Shown: positions 1 through 8,588 of the stretch, piece by piece
Layout of the letters: every line of letters starts with the position of its first letter
Position numbering within the stretch: the stretch's first letter is position 1
Assembly (NCBI GenBank): GCA_963803695.1
Contig: CAWDNY010000011.1
Span: 159,504 to 223,503 of the forward strand
Direction of reading: 5' to 3'
Length of the DNA: 64,000 nt
Source of the DNA: an uncultured Actinomycetota bacterium
Lineage (GTDB): Bacteria; Actinomycetota; Actinomycetes; Actinomycetales; Dermatophilaceae
Position numbers and translations under genes: made by a program
The notes under the pieces: model-generated
What the model was told of the DNA's origin: nothing
The model's database searches: none
The model's input: only the letters and a program-made list of their open reading frames with translations

Positions 1-730
1 CCGCCGTGATGAGGTCTGGCTGAGGTTGGGAGTCTTCCTCGGCATATACCGGGAAGGTGATTGCCACCCCGGCCACGGGATGGTCCGTGTGGTCGAGCAC
101 CGACGCAGCCACCGAGGCCAGACCTGGTGTCACCAGACCCATCTCCTCGGCATACCCGCGAGTCCGGGTTCGTGACAGCAACGGTCGCAGACTGGTGAGC
201 GATGTCGGGCCGACGTCGTGCCGCTGGACGAAGGCGCCCGGTGAAGGGAAAAGCGCTCGCACCTGGGCGGCTGGCAACGCAGCCAAGATCGCCAAGCCGC
301 TGGCCGTCAACGAGGCGGGCAGTCGCACTCCCACGTCGCTGACCAGTGAAGGGCGTCCGGCAACTCGTTCTTCGATGACGTAGAGGACATCGCGCCCGTG
401 CAAGACCGCGAGATGGGCATTGTGCTTGGTGGTATCGGCTAATCGTGTGAGCAGTGGTCGAGCCACGCGTTGCAGCGGCGCCTGCCTACCGTATGCCGAG
501 CCCAGCTCGAAGGCGGCAACCCCCAGGCCATACGTCCGCTCCTCTGGGAGGTGCACGACGAACCCGCGGTCGATCAGGACGGACAGCAGCCGGTATGTGG
601 TGGAGCGCGGAACGCCGAGCTCTCGCGCGATCGTGGCAGCGGGGACGGGCGCGAGGTGTCGACTGAGCAGCGTGAGGACGTCGAGCGCCGACGCTGCCGC
701 TGGTGCCCTGACCGGTAGCGGCACACTCAT
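1..730 (-). CDS. IclR-family transcriptional regulator (3' end runs off the window start; not in the ORF track)
   Basis: Own translation from ATG at 730: MSVPLPVRAPAAASALDVLTLLS...IARELGVPRSTTYRLLSVLIDRGFV...YGLG (IclR HTH), then LAVLHGRDVLYVIEE...VGVRLPASLTASGLAILA (IclR effector domain). Confidence 0.9.
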   Translation of the reverse strand, partial: MSVPLPVRAPAAASALDVLTLLSRHLAPVPAATIARELGVPRSTTYRLLSVLIDRGFVVHLPEERTYGLGVAAFELGSAYGRQAPLQRVARPLLTRLADTTKHNAHLAVLHGRDVLYVIEERVAGRPSLVSDVGVRLPASLTASGLAILAALPAAQVRALFPSPGAFVQRHDVGPTSLTSLRPLLSRTRTRGYAEEMGLVTPGLASVAASVLDHTDHPVAGVAITFPVYAEEDSQPQPDLITA

Positions 731-781
731 CCTTGACTTCCGGGGGCCGAAGACATGTCCACAAGATACGCACCGCCTGCA

Positions 782-816
782 ATGTAGCGCCTAAGGTAGA
801 TCCCAAGGCGCTACAT
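782..816. promoter_or_regulatory. Perfect 11-bp inverted repeat, probable antitoxin operator
   Basis: ATGTAGCGCCT (782-792), 13-bp spacer, AGGCGCTACAT (806-816), directly upstream of the Phd-type antitoxin. Confidence 0.6.
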
Positions 817-843
817 AGCCAGGAACCGAACGCTGAGGTAGGT

Positions 844-1092
844 GTGCGCGAACTGCACGATCAGCTGAGCCGCTACCTTCACCACGTCAGTTCGGGCGCT
901 GAGGCCATCGTGACCGTGCGTGGACGTGGCGTCGCTCGCCTGTCAGGAATCGGCACCACCGACGCGCTCACGGATTTGCGTGCCCGCGGCCTCGTCCTCG
1001 ACCCGCGTGAAACGCGACACCGAATGACGGGCGGTGCGCGTCTTGAGAGCGGCGACAGTGTTTCTGATCTCGTGAGCGAGCAAAGACACTGA
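844..1092 (+). CDS. Phd/YefM-family antitoxin (VapB-type); start uncertain
   Basis: EVGVRELHDQLSRYLHHVSSGAEAIVTVRGRGVARL is the Phd/YefM N-terminal signature; its stop overlaps the PIN toxin remnant. Confidence 0.85.
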   Translation: MRELHDQLSRYLHHVSSGAEAIVTVRGRGVARLSGIGTTDALTDLRARGLVLDPRETRHRMTGGARLESGDSVSDLVSEQRH

Positions 1093-1400
1093 TCGTCTAT
1101 CTCGACACCTCGGCGTTCGTGAAGTTGGTGTTCGACGAACCAGGCTCGCGTCGCTGTGGACACCATTGACGCCCTGTGCTCTCAAGTCAGCATCGTGGGT
1201 CTGGACCACGAGCTGGCGATTGCAGCGGGAGAACTAGCGGAGGCCCATGGCCTGCGCGGGTACGACGCAGTGCATCTCGCAACCGCGCTGAACGTCGACT
1301 CGGACTCACTGCTCCTCGCTACCTGGGATCGTGAGTTGGCCCGCGGCGGGATCGAAGCTGGCTGTCGGGTCTCGCCGCGCCAAACTCGTGAGGTTGCAAG
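1089..1400 (+). pseudogene. vapC: VapC/PIN toxin pseudogene (internal deletion plus frameshift)
   Basis: Frame A from 1089: LIVYLDTSAFVKLVFDEPGS then early stop. Frame B from 1156: ...AGELAEAHGLRGYDAVHLATAL...LATWDRELAR (PIN C-terminal half). The middle of the PIN domain is missing and the start reads CTG. Confidence 0.8.
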
Positions 1401-1444
1401 GCTGGTGGGAAGCCAAGGACAGGGCGAGCAGCCCGTTCTAGGGT

Positions 1445-2014
1445 GTGGGCGTGGAAGAAGAGAAGAGCATGCGGGACAGGATGTTGGCCGGTGAGTTGTA
1501 CATCGCGGACGATCCGGACATCGCGCGCGACTCGCGGCGCGCACAGAAACTGACCCATCAGTTCAACACGATGGACCCGACCGACGCTGGGGCCGTGCGG
1601 GCGCTCTTGGACGAGTTGCTCGGGGGGTTCGGGGAGGGCAGCGAGATCCGCCCGCCGTTGCAGTGCGACTACGGCTCGCAGACCACGATCGGAGCCCGGA
1701 CCTTCGCTAACTGGGGCCTGATCCTGCTGGACGTCGCCACGATCATGATCGGCGATGACGTGCAAATGGGGCCAGGGGTCCAGATCCTCACCGCGACTCA
1801 CCCAATCGAGCCCGGTCCTCGGCGAGACAAGTGGGAGGCAGCGGAGCCGGTCACCATCGGTGACAACGTCTGGCTCGGCGGGGGTGTCATCGTGTGTCCT
1901 GGAGTGACTATCGGGGCCGACACCGTTGTGGGAGCCGGATCGGTGGTCACCCGGGACCTGCCCGCAGGCGTCCTCGCGGTGGGTTCACCGGCGAAGGTGC
2001 TCCGCGAGCTCTGA
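1445..2014 (+). CDS. Sugar O-acetyltransferase (maltose/galactoside acetyltransferase, hexapeptide-repeat family)
   Basis: MRDRMLAGELY Mac domain, IRPPLQCDYG, PVTIGDNVWLGGGVIVCPGVTIG, VGAGSVVTRDLP. Confidence 0.92.
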   Translation: MGVEEEKSMRDRMLAGELYIADDPDIARDSRRAQKLTHQFNTMDPTDAGAVRALLDELLGGFGEGSEIRPPLQCDYGSQTTIGARTFANWGLILLDVATIMIGDDVQMGPGVQILTATHPIEPGPRRDKWEAAEPVTIGDNVWLGGGVIVCPGVTIGADTVVGAGSVVTRDLPAGVLAVGSPAKVLREL

Positions 2015-2052
2015 ACCCTCGGCTGCTCGGCCGCGTGGCCCCAGCCCCGTGC

Positions 2053-2910
2053 TCAGTAGATGAAGAAGGGAAAGATGCTCCGGTCGTGGGCGTGCACGAT
2101 CGCGAAGAACACCACCGCGTCGAAGAGCAAGTGGATGATCACGACATACGTCAGCGACTTGGTCTTGGTGAAGATGTAGCCCTGCAGCAGCGCGAACGGG
2201 ATGGTCAGCACCGGTCCCCACTCGCGGTAGCCCAACTCCCACAGGAACGACACGAAGATCGTGGCCTGCAGCAGATTGGCTTGCCATAGCGGGAAGTGGC
2301 GGCACAGCAGGGCAAAGCAGATGCAGATGAAGAACAGCTCGTCCCAGAGGCCGACGGAATTCACCCCCACGAAAAACCTGCCGAACTCGCTGGGGGTCTG
2401 GATCGGCGGCCAGTTCTGATAGGCACCTGAGCGGATGAAGTAGAACGGCAAGACCAGCCACCCAAGCAGCGGAACGGCCACGACATACGCCCACTGCAGG
2501 CGGGTCCACCGCCGCCCGGTGAACCACGGGAAGCGGATGGCCCGTCGACGAAAGATCAGCCGGTCGATGGCGACCGGCACCACCACCGCAGAGGCCAAGA
2601 CGAACCCGAGGAGAAAGAACCGCGGCCAGCTGATGTCCGCCTCGACCGAGGTGGTGGACACGATCGCGATGCCGACGCCGATGAGCAGCAGGTCGTTGAA
2701 GAGCTCGCGGTCCACGACGTATGCCGCGACGAGACTGGCCAGCAACACCACGTGGCCCGGCCACCCGATCATCACGCCGAAGAGCAGGAACGCCGAAAAC
2801 GCAACGCCGGCGGCAGGCAGCAACTTCCGCCAATTCGCGGAGCCTGAGCCGACCACGCTGGCACCGAGATTGCCTGCGTTTGCCGCAGCGGAACCAAGGT
2901 TGGGCGGCAT
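2053..2910 (-). CDS. CPBP/CAAX (Abi) family intramembrane glutamic endopeptidase
   Basis: Multi-TM protein with GLWDELFF, SFLWELGY and IIHLLFD motifs. Confidence 0.8.
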   Translation of the reverse strand: MPPNLGSAAANAGNLGASVVGSGSANWRKLLPAAGVAFSAFLLFGVMIGWPGHVVLLASLVAAYVVDRELFNDLLLIGVGIAIVSTTSVEADISWPRFFLLGFVLASAVVVPVAIDRLIFRRRAIRFPWFTGRRWTRLQWAYVVAVPLLGWLVLPFYFIRSGAYQNWPPIQTPSEFGRFFVGVNSVGLWDELFFICICFALLCRHFPLWQANLLQATIFVSFLWELGYREWGPVLTIPFALLQGYIFTKTKSLTYVVIIHLLFDAVVFFAIVHAHDRSIFPFFIY

Positions 2911-3024
2911 CAACCGAGCCTACTGGCCGCACCCGGTGGCGCACTTCCCGGCCGGGTCTGTCGGACTGTTGACTCCGGCGACGCTGCTGCATACCTTGAC
3001 TCTTGTCGTCGGCGCAGAGTCGGC

Positions 3025-3118
3025 GGCGGTTTGGTCCAGCGAAGTCCGGTGAGATCCCGGCACTGTCCCGCAACGGTAGAACTCGCCCCGCGAGTGAGTC
3101 CGGTCGCCTGGCTCAGAT
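3025..3118 (+). ncRNA. Cobalamin (B12) riboswitch
   Basis: GAAGTCCGGTGAGATCCCGGCACTGTCCCGCAACGGTA followed by a short hairpin and GAGTCCGGTCGCCTG matches the conserved cobalamin riboswitch core; boundaries approximate. Confidence 0.85.
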
Positions 3119-3209
3119 CAACGACGTGCGTTCTCGACGGAGGAGCGCGCTCGCCAGCCGGTCCGGACACGACGATGCCCGACCACACTCCGTCATCGAT
3201 GGAGGAAGC

Positions 3210-3464
3210 ATGACCGGCCAGTCCCGCACCTCACGCCCACTCGAATCCGATGACCTTCCCGATGGTCACGCGGCGTTTTTGGTGGACCGTCTCAGCGAAG
3301 AGATCGACGCGGCACTCTCTCGGCCGATCAACGAGGCCGGGCTGAGCCTGATGGTCGAGTTGCGCAACGCCCTGAAATTCAACCTTGAGCCAGACCAGGC
3401 GTCGGTCGACGTGCTGACGTTCCTCTATGCCGGCCATCCGGAGTTCAGCGCAAACTGGGCTTAG
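3210..3464 (+). CDS. Small hypothetical protein (84 aa), C-terminus resembles DUF6221-type proteins
   Basis: GGAGG RBS at 3201-3205, ATG at 3210; ends LTFLYAGHPEFSANWA, similar to the YADHPDY..EW ending of that family (from memory). Confidence 0.55.
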   Translation: MTGQSRTSRPLESDDLPDGHAAFLVDRLSEEIDAALSRPINEAGLSLMVELRNALKFNLEPDQASVDVLTFLYAGHPEFSANWA

Positions 3465-3503
3465 CGCGAGCCGTCCATCGATGTGCTCAGCTAGATTGTT
3501 CGA

Positions 3504-4408
3504 ATGCTCAAGGCCTTGACATCGCTGGCCGCCGCGGGGCTCGCGGGAATGGCTCTGAGCGCCTGAGGCACTGCCTCGGTGGACACGGATGCCTCTGGGC
3601 AGGAGGTCCGGGATCGCGCGGAGGAGGTCTACACCCGCTTCGCGGGCACGGTCGAGCAGCGCAACACGGGAATCTTGCTGAAGGCCTGGGCGCTCAACGG
3701 CGAGATGGACGTGTGCATGGCCGGCGAGGATATCCCGAATGGGATTGGTCGCTGAGCCCCGAAGTAGCCGGGCCGGTCGACCCGCTGGCCAGTGATTGGT
3801 TCGGTGCCCTTCAACGCCCCAGCGTCTCAATCAACGAGATGGTCAACCGCAACTGGGCATCCACGGAGGCGATCTTGAATGCAGACGCCCCCATCCCGGG
3901 GTATGAGGACGCGATCGACGCTTGTTCGGGCTCGTCTGGACCATCGATGTCCGACGACGACCTGGATGCCGTCGCCGTGCCGAACCAGGGCCTGATCGAA
4001 GAATGGAACTCGATGGTCAGGGACGCAGAGCGTGATCTGATCGGTGATGCCAAGCCTTACTACGACTGTATGGACGACTCCGACCTAGAGCTGTTGCGTA
4101 TTAGTGGCGAGCGCTACGGCGAGAGCGGGCCTGTGTTCACCTCCGTGGCTGCCGCCGCTGGTCCAGCGCCGACACTCGACGCCGACCCAACCAGCTACAG
4201 CGACAAGTGGAAAGGGTTCTTGGCGATCGAGCAAGAGGTGCTCGATGCCGACGAGGCATGCCGGGGGGAGCAATACAACGAGCAGATCGGCGAACTGCTG
4301 CCGCTTATCGACGATTTCGAGAAGGTCCACGAGGACGAAATTGCCGACGCCGAGGCAAGGTGGTCGCAGATCGTGGCCGAAGCTGCCGAGCTGGGGTTCC
4401 CCGAATAG
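3504..4408 (+). pseudogene. Acidic lipoprotein pseudogene
   Basis: MLKALTSLAAAGLAGMALSA*GT: TGA at 3564-3566 sits at the lipobox Cys position; the frame continues to about 3728, where a 1-nt deletion links it to ORF 3713..4408. Confidence 0.7.
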
Positions 4409-4423
4409 GCAGACAGTCCACGA

Positions 4424-4467
4424 GTGCTGCGTTTCGCGTCTGGTGCTGCATTGCAACGCAGCAGCAG
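4424..4467. repeat. REP-like repeat family A, copy 1
   Basis: gtgctgcgtttcgcgtctggtgctgcattgcaacgcagcagcag; 41/44 identical to 8488-8531; GCTGC/GCAGC self-complementary arms. Confidence 0.8.
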
Positions 4468-4581
4468 ACGTGTTGTGCAGCACCAGCCGGAGGGTTATCC
4501 CAATGGGCATGTCTCATATGTGGGGCACGAACGTGGCGTTGACCCTTTCGGCCGCCCGGCCTGCGCGGTGGAATAGCGGGT

Positions 4582-6123
4582 ATGGACACAGTGGTCGTGG
4601 GAGTCGCCGGGGTATCGCCCGAAGATGTGGTCGCCGTCGCCCGGCACGGAGCCGCGGTGCGGATCGCCGATGAGTCACTCGCGGAGATGGGCCGGTCCCG
4701 GGCCGCCATTGATGCACTGGCCAGCGACGACCAGCCGCACTACGGCATCTCGACCGGCTTCGGGGCGCTGGCGACCACGCACATTCCAGTGGAGCGTCGC
4801 GCTCAGTTGCAGCGCAGTCTGATCCGATCCCATGCTGCCGGTTCAGGTCCAGAGGTCGAGCGCGAAGTTGTCCGGGCCACCATGCTCTTGCGGCTGTCGA
4901 CTCTCGCGACGGGGAGGACCGGCATACGGCCCAGCAGTGCCGCGGCGTATGCCGACCTGCTCAGTCACGGGATAACCCCCGTCGTGCACGAGTACGGCTC
5001 GCTCGGCTGCTCCGGGGACCTCGCTCCGCTCGCCCACTGCGCGTTAACACTGATCGGCGAGGGGCAAGCGCGCGACGTCTCAGGCGTGTTGATGCCGTCC
5101 GCGCAGGCGTTGGCGGCCGCCGGGCTGGGGCCGGTGGTCCTCGCCGAGAAAGAGGGACTGGCGCTCATCAACGGCACCGACGGGATGCTCGGCCAACTCG
5201 TGCTTGCGCTGCACGACCTCGGCGCGCTGCTCCCCACTGCCGACATTGCCGCAGCGATGAGCGTCGAGGGCCAACTCGGCACCGACGACGTCTTCGCCGC
5301 CGATCTCCAGGCGCTGCGACCCCACCCCGGGCAGGCCATCTCAGCCGCCAACCTGCGGGCGATGATGGCGGGCTCGGACATCCGTGAGAGTCACCGCACC
5401 CCAGCGTGCACTCGGGTCCAAGACGCCTACTCGTTGCGCTGCAGCCCGCAGGTCCACGGCGCGGTGCGCGATACCGCTGAGCACGCGATGACGGTGGCCA
5501 GCCGGGAGTTGGCCTCGGCCATCGACAACCCGATGGTGACGCCCGACCTGCGCGTGGAGTCCAACGGCAACTTCCACGGCGCACCGGTGGCCTACGTCCT
5601 GGACTTCCTCGCCATTGCTGTGGCCGACCTGGCCAGCATCTCCGAGCGGCGAACCGACCGATTCTTGGACCCGGCGCGCAACCACGGATTGCCACCGTTC
5701 TTGGCCGATGACCCTGGCGTGGACTCCGGCCACATGATCGCGCAATACACCCAGGCCGGGATCGTCTCCGAGCTCAAACGCCTCGCCGCTCCGGCCAGCG
5801 TCGACTCCATCCCGAGTTCGGCGATGCAAGAAGACCACGTGTCGATGGGGTGGCATGCCGCCCGCAAACTCCGCCGGGCCTTGGACGGCTTGACCCGGGT
5901 CCTGGCCATCGAAGTGCTCACCGCCGCCCGCGGGCTGGAGCTGCGCGCACCGCATACCCCCTCTCCAGGTAGTGCCGCCGTGATCGACGCCCTGCGAAAC
6001 GCTGGTGTCCCTGGCCCCGGGCCCGACCGCTTTATGACCCCCGAGATCACGCTGGCCGTCGACCTCGTCCAGTCCGGCGCGATCCGTTCCGCCGCCGAAA
6101 CCGCCACCGGCCCGCTGGCCTGA
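4582..6123 (+). CDS. hutH: Histidine ammonia-lyase
   Basis: YGISTGFG, SLGCSGDLAPLAH (MIO-forming CSG), LINGT, VQDAYSLRC, SNGNFHG, QEDHVSMG. Confidence 0.97.
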   Translation: MDTVVVGVAGVSPEDVVAVARHGAAVRIADESLAEMGRSRAAIDALASDDQPHYGISTGFGALATTHIPVERRAQLQRSLIRSHAAGSGPEVEREVVRATMLLRLSTLATGRTGIRPSSAAAYADLLSHGITPVVHEYGSLGCSGDLAPLAHCALTLIGEGQARDVSGVLMPSAQALAAAGLGPVVLAEKEGLALINGTDGMLGQLVLALHDLGALLPTADIAAAMSVEGQLGTDDVFAADLQALRPHPGQAISAANLRAMMAGSDIRESHRTPACTRVQDAYSLRCSPQVHGAVRDTAEHAMTVASRELASAIDNPMVTPDLRVESNGNFHGAPVAYVLDFLAIAVADLASISERRTDRFLDPARNHGLPPFLADDPGVDSGHMIAQYTQAGIVSELKRLAAPASVDSIPSSAMQEDHVSMGWHAARKLRRALDGLTRVLAIEVLTAARGLELRAPHTPSPGSAAVIDALRNAGVPGPGPDRFMTPEITLAVDLVQSGAIRSAAETATGPLA

Positions 6124-6153
6124 CCGGCCGCACCCGCAACAGAAAGGATCACC

Positions 6154-7823
6154 ATGGAAGGCGCTCGCCCCGTCCGCTCACCCCGCGGCACCCAACTGAC
6201 GGCTCGCTCGTGGGCCACCGAAGCCCCGATGCGGATGCTGATGAACAACCTCGACCCCGAGGTCGCCGAACGCCCCGATGACCTGGTGGTTTATGGCGGC
6301 ACTGGGCGCGCAGCCCGCGACTGGCGCTCGTTCGACGCGATGGTCCGGACGCTGCAGACGCTGCGCGAAGACGAGACGATGCTCGTCCAGTCCGGCCGAC
6401 CGGTCGGCGTGATGCAGACCCATGAGTGGGCACCGCGCGTGCTGATCGCCAACTCCAATTTGGTCGGCGATTGGGCGACGTGGCCAGAATTTCGCCGCCT
6501 CGAGCAGCTTGGGCTGACGATGTACGGTCAGATGACCGCCGGATCGTGGATCTATATCGGGACGCAGGGCATCTTGCAGGGAACCTACGAAACGTTTGCC
6601 GCGGTGGCCGCCTCGCTCGCCTCACGACACCCCGCTCGGTATGCCGGCTCGCTGGCCGGGACCCTGACGCTCACCGCCGGGTGCGGTGGGAGGGGCGCAG
6701 CCGCTGGCGGTCACGCTGAACGGCGGAGTGTGTCTGCTCATCGACGTCGACGAATCACGGCTGCGGCGTCGAGTGAAGTCGCGCTATCTGGATGAGGTGG
6801 CCGAGTCGTTGGAAGCTGGCGTCAAGCGGGCACTGGCCGCCAAGGCGGCTCGCGAGGCTGTGTCGATCGGGGTGGTCGGCAACGCCGCCGAAGTCTTCGC
6901 GGAGTTGCTGCGCCGGGGCGTGGACATCGACATCGTGACGGACCAGACGTCGGCACACGACCCGCTGTCCTACCTGCCGACGGAGGTTGCGCTGGAGGAC
7001 TGGCACGACCTCGCCGACAAGAAGCCGGAGGACTTCACGGATCGTGCGCAGGAGTCGATGGCCCGGCACGTCGAGGCGATGGTCGGCTTCAAAGACGCCG
7101 GGGCCGAGGTCTTCGACTATGGCAACAGCATCCGCGACGAGGCTCGTCAGGGAGGCTATGACCGGGCGTTCGAGTTTCCGGGGTTCGTGCCGGCATACAT
7201 CCGGCCGTTGTTCTGTGAGGGCAAGGGGCCGTTCCGGTGGGCTGCGCTGTCGGGCAATCCCAAGGACATCGCGGCGACCGACCAGGCGGTGCTCGACCTC
7301 TTCCCCGACAATGATCATCTGCACAAGTGGATTCGGGGCGCTCAGGAGCGGGTGGCCTTCGAGGGTTTGCCCGCGCGCATCTGTTGGCTGGGATACGGCG
7401 AGCGCGACAAAGCCGGCGTGAAGTTCAACGACATGGTGGCCTCCGGGGAGGTCGAGGCACCGATCGTCGTCGGGCGTGATCACCTGGACTGCGGCTCGGT
7501 GGCCAGCCCCTATCGGGAGACCGAGTCGATGGCCGACGGGTCGGACGCGATTGCGGACTGGCCGCTGCAACGCCATGGTCAACACCGCCTCCGGGGCCTC
7601 GTGGGTCTCGATTCACCACGGCGGGGGCGTCGGCATTGGCCGATCGCTGCACGCCGGGCAGGTCTGTGTCGCCGACGGCACGCCGCTGGCCCGGCAGAAG
7701 CTCGAGCGCGTGCTGACCAACGACCCCGGGATGGGCGTCATCCGTCACGTCGACGCCGGCTACGACGAGGCCGATGCGGTGGCCGCTGACCGGGGCGTCC
7801 GCATACCGATGCGTGAATCCTGA
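6154..7823 (+). pseudogene. hutU: Urocanate hydratase with two frameshifts
   Basis: [72 protein letters not shown], split over ORFs 6154..6795, 6686..7789 and 7476..7823; 5-nt loss near 6686 and 2-nt loss near 7567. Confidence 0.92.
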
Positions 7824-7863
7824 TGCCTCGCCTCTGCGCTTCTTCTCTCGTCGCCTAGAGGAG

Positions 7864-7880
7864 TGACCATGGGTCATACT
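7864..7880 (+). promoter_or_regulatory. Probable TA operator and -10 box of a leaderless promoter
   Basis: TGACC-ATG-GGTCA palindrome (7864-7876) overlapping CATACT (7875-7880), 6 nt before ATG 7887. Confidence 0.45.
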
Positions 7881-7886
7881 GAAAGC

Positions 7887-8135
7887 ATGACTTCTCTGAC
7901 TACTATCAAGGTTGCCTCCGCGACCCGTGACCGACTCAAGCAGGGTGCCAGATCTCAGGGGCTCTCGCTGGGTGCCTATCTTGATCGCTTGGCTGCTGAC
8001 GCGGAGAGGCGGGAGCGGTGGGATGCTCTGCGCGATGCGATAGCCGCCACGACGACGGAGGACATGGCTGCCTATGCCGCCGAGACCGCCGAGTGGGAAC
8101 GCGCCGAGCTGAGCGACGCGGCCCATGCCGAGTGA
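7887..8135 (+). CDS. Antitoxin (RHH-like N-terminus, acidic C-terminus)
   Basis: TTIKVASATRDRLKQGARSQGLSLGAYLDRL...YAAETAEWERAEL; overlaps the MazF start. Confidence 0.75.
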   Translation: MTSLTTIKVASATRDRLKQGARSQGLSLGAYLDRLAADAERRERWDALRDAIAATTTEDMAAYAAETAEWERAELSDAAHAE

Positions 8136-8469
8136 TCTGTTGTCTCCGGGCGTCGTGGCCTGGGCACATCTGGAGCCAGTGGTCGGTCGCGAGCAAGGTG
8201 GACGTCGACCGGTCGTGGTGATCTCGACGCGTCGCTACCTCGAGGTCATCGACACCTTGGCGGTTGTCGTGCCGTTGACCAGCACAGATCGCGGCTGGCC
8301 CAATCACGTGCTAATTGACGGAGTCGAGGGTCTGCGGGCCAGTTTTGCGATGACCGAGCAGCCGCGGACTCTCTCGCGCGCTCGGTTGCGTGGGGTCATC
8401 GGCACAGCGTCGCCGCAGTCTCTCAACGAGATCCGTGGGTGGCTCGATGAGTTTGTATGCAGCGAGTGA
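8125..8469 (+). CDS. mazF: PemK/MazF-family endoribonuclease toxin
   Basis: LEPVVGREQGGRRPVVVIS, VVVPLTS, AMTEQPRTLSRARL. Confidence 0.9.
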   Translation: MPSDLLSPGVVAWAHLEPVVGREQGGRRPVVVISTRRYLEVIDTLAVVVPLTSTDRGWPNHVLIDGVEGLRASFAMTEQPRTLSRARLRGVIGTASPQSLNEIRGWLDEFVCSE

Positions 8470-8487
8470 GGCTCTCGACGTGGCCTG

Positions 8488-8531
8488 GTGCTGCGTTTCT
8501 CGTCTGGTGCTGCACTGCAACGCAGCACCAG
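8488..8531. repeat. REP-like repeat family A, copy 2
   Basis: gtgctgcgtttctcgtctggtgctgcactgcaacgcagcaccag, same orientation as copy 1. Confidence 0.8.
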
Positions 8532-8588
8532 GCGGACAACGCAGCACTCGAGAACGTAAAGGCGCGCGGTGGGTGCTGGTGATGAGGG

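Noticed and set aside
1985-3073. 362-aa minus-strand ORF
   Set aside because: Out-of-frame shadow of the CPBP gene; Arg/Pro-rich with no motifs
3564-3566. TGA at the lipobox as selenocysteine or programmed readthrough
   Set aside because: The gene has a second lesion (frameshift near 3728), lipidation needs Cys, and no supporting recoding signal was recognised
6680-7570. Programmed frameshifting in hutU
   Set aside because: Conserved residues are physically missing (5 nt and 2 nt), so slippage could not restore the protein
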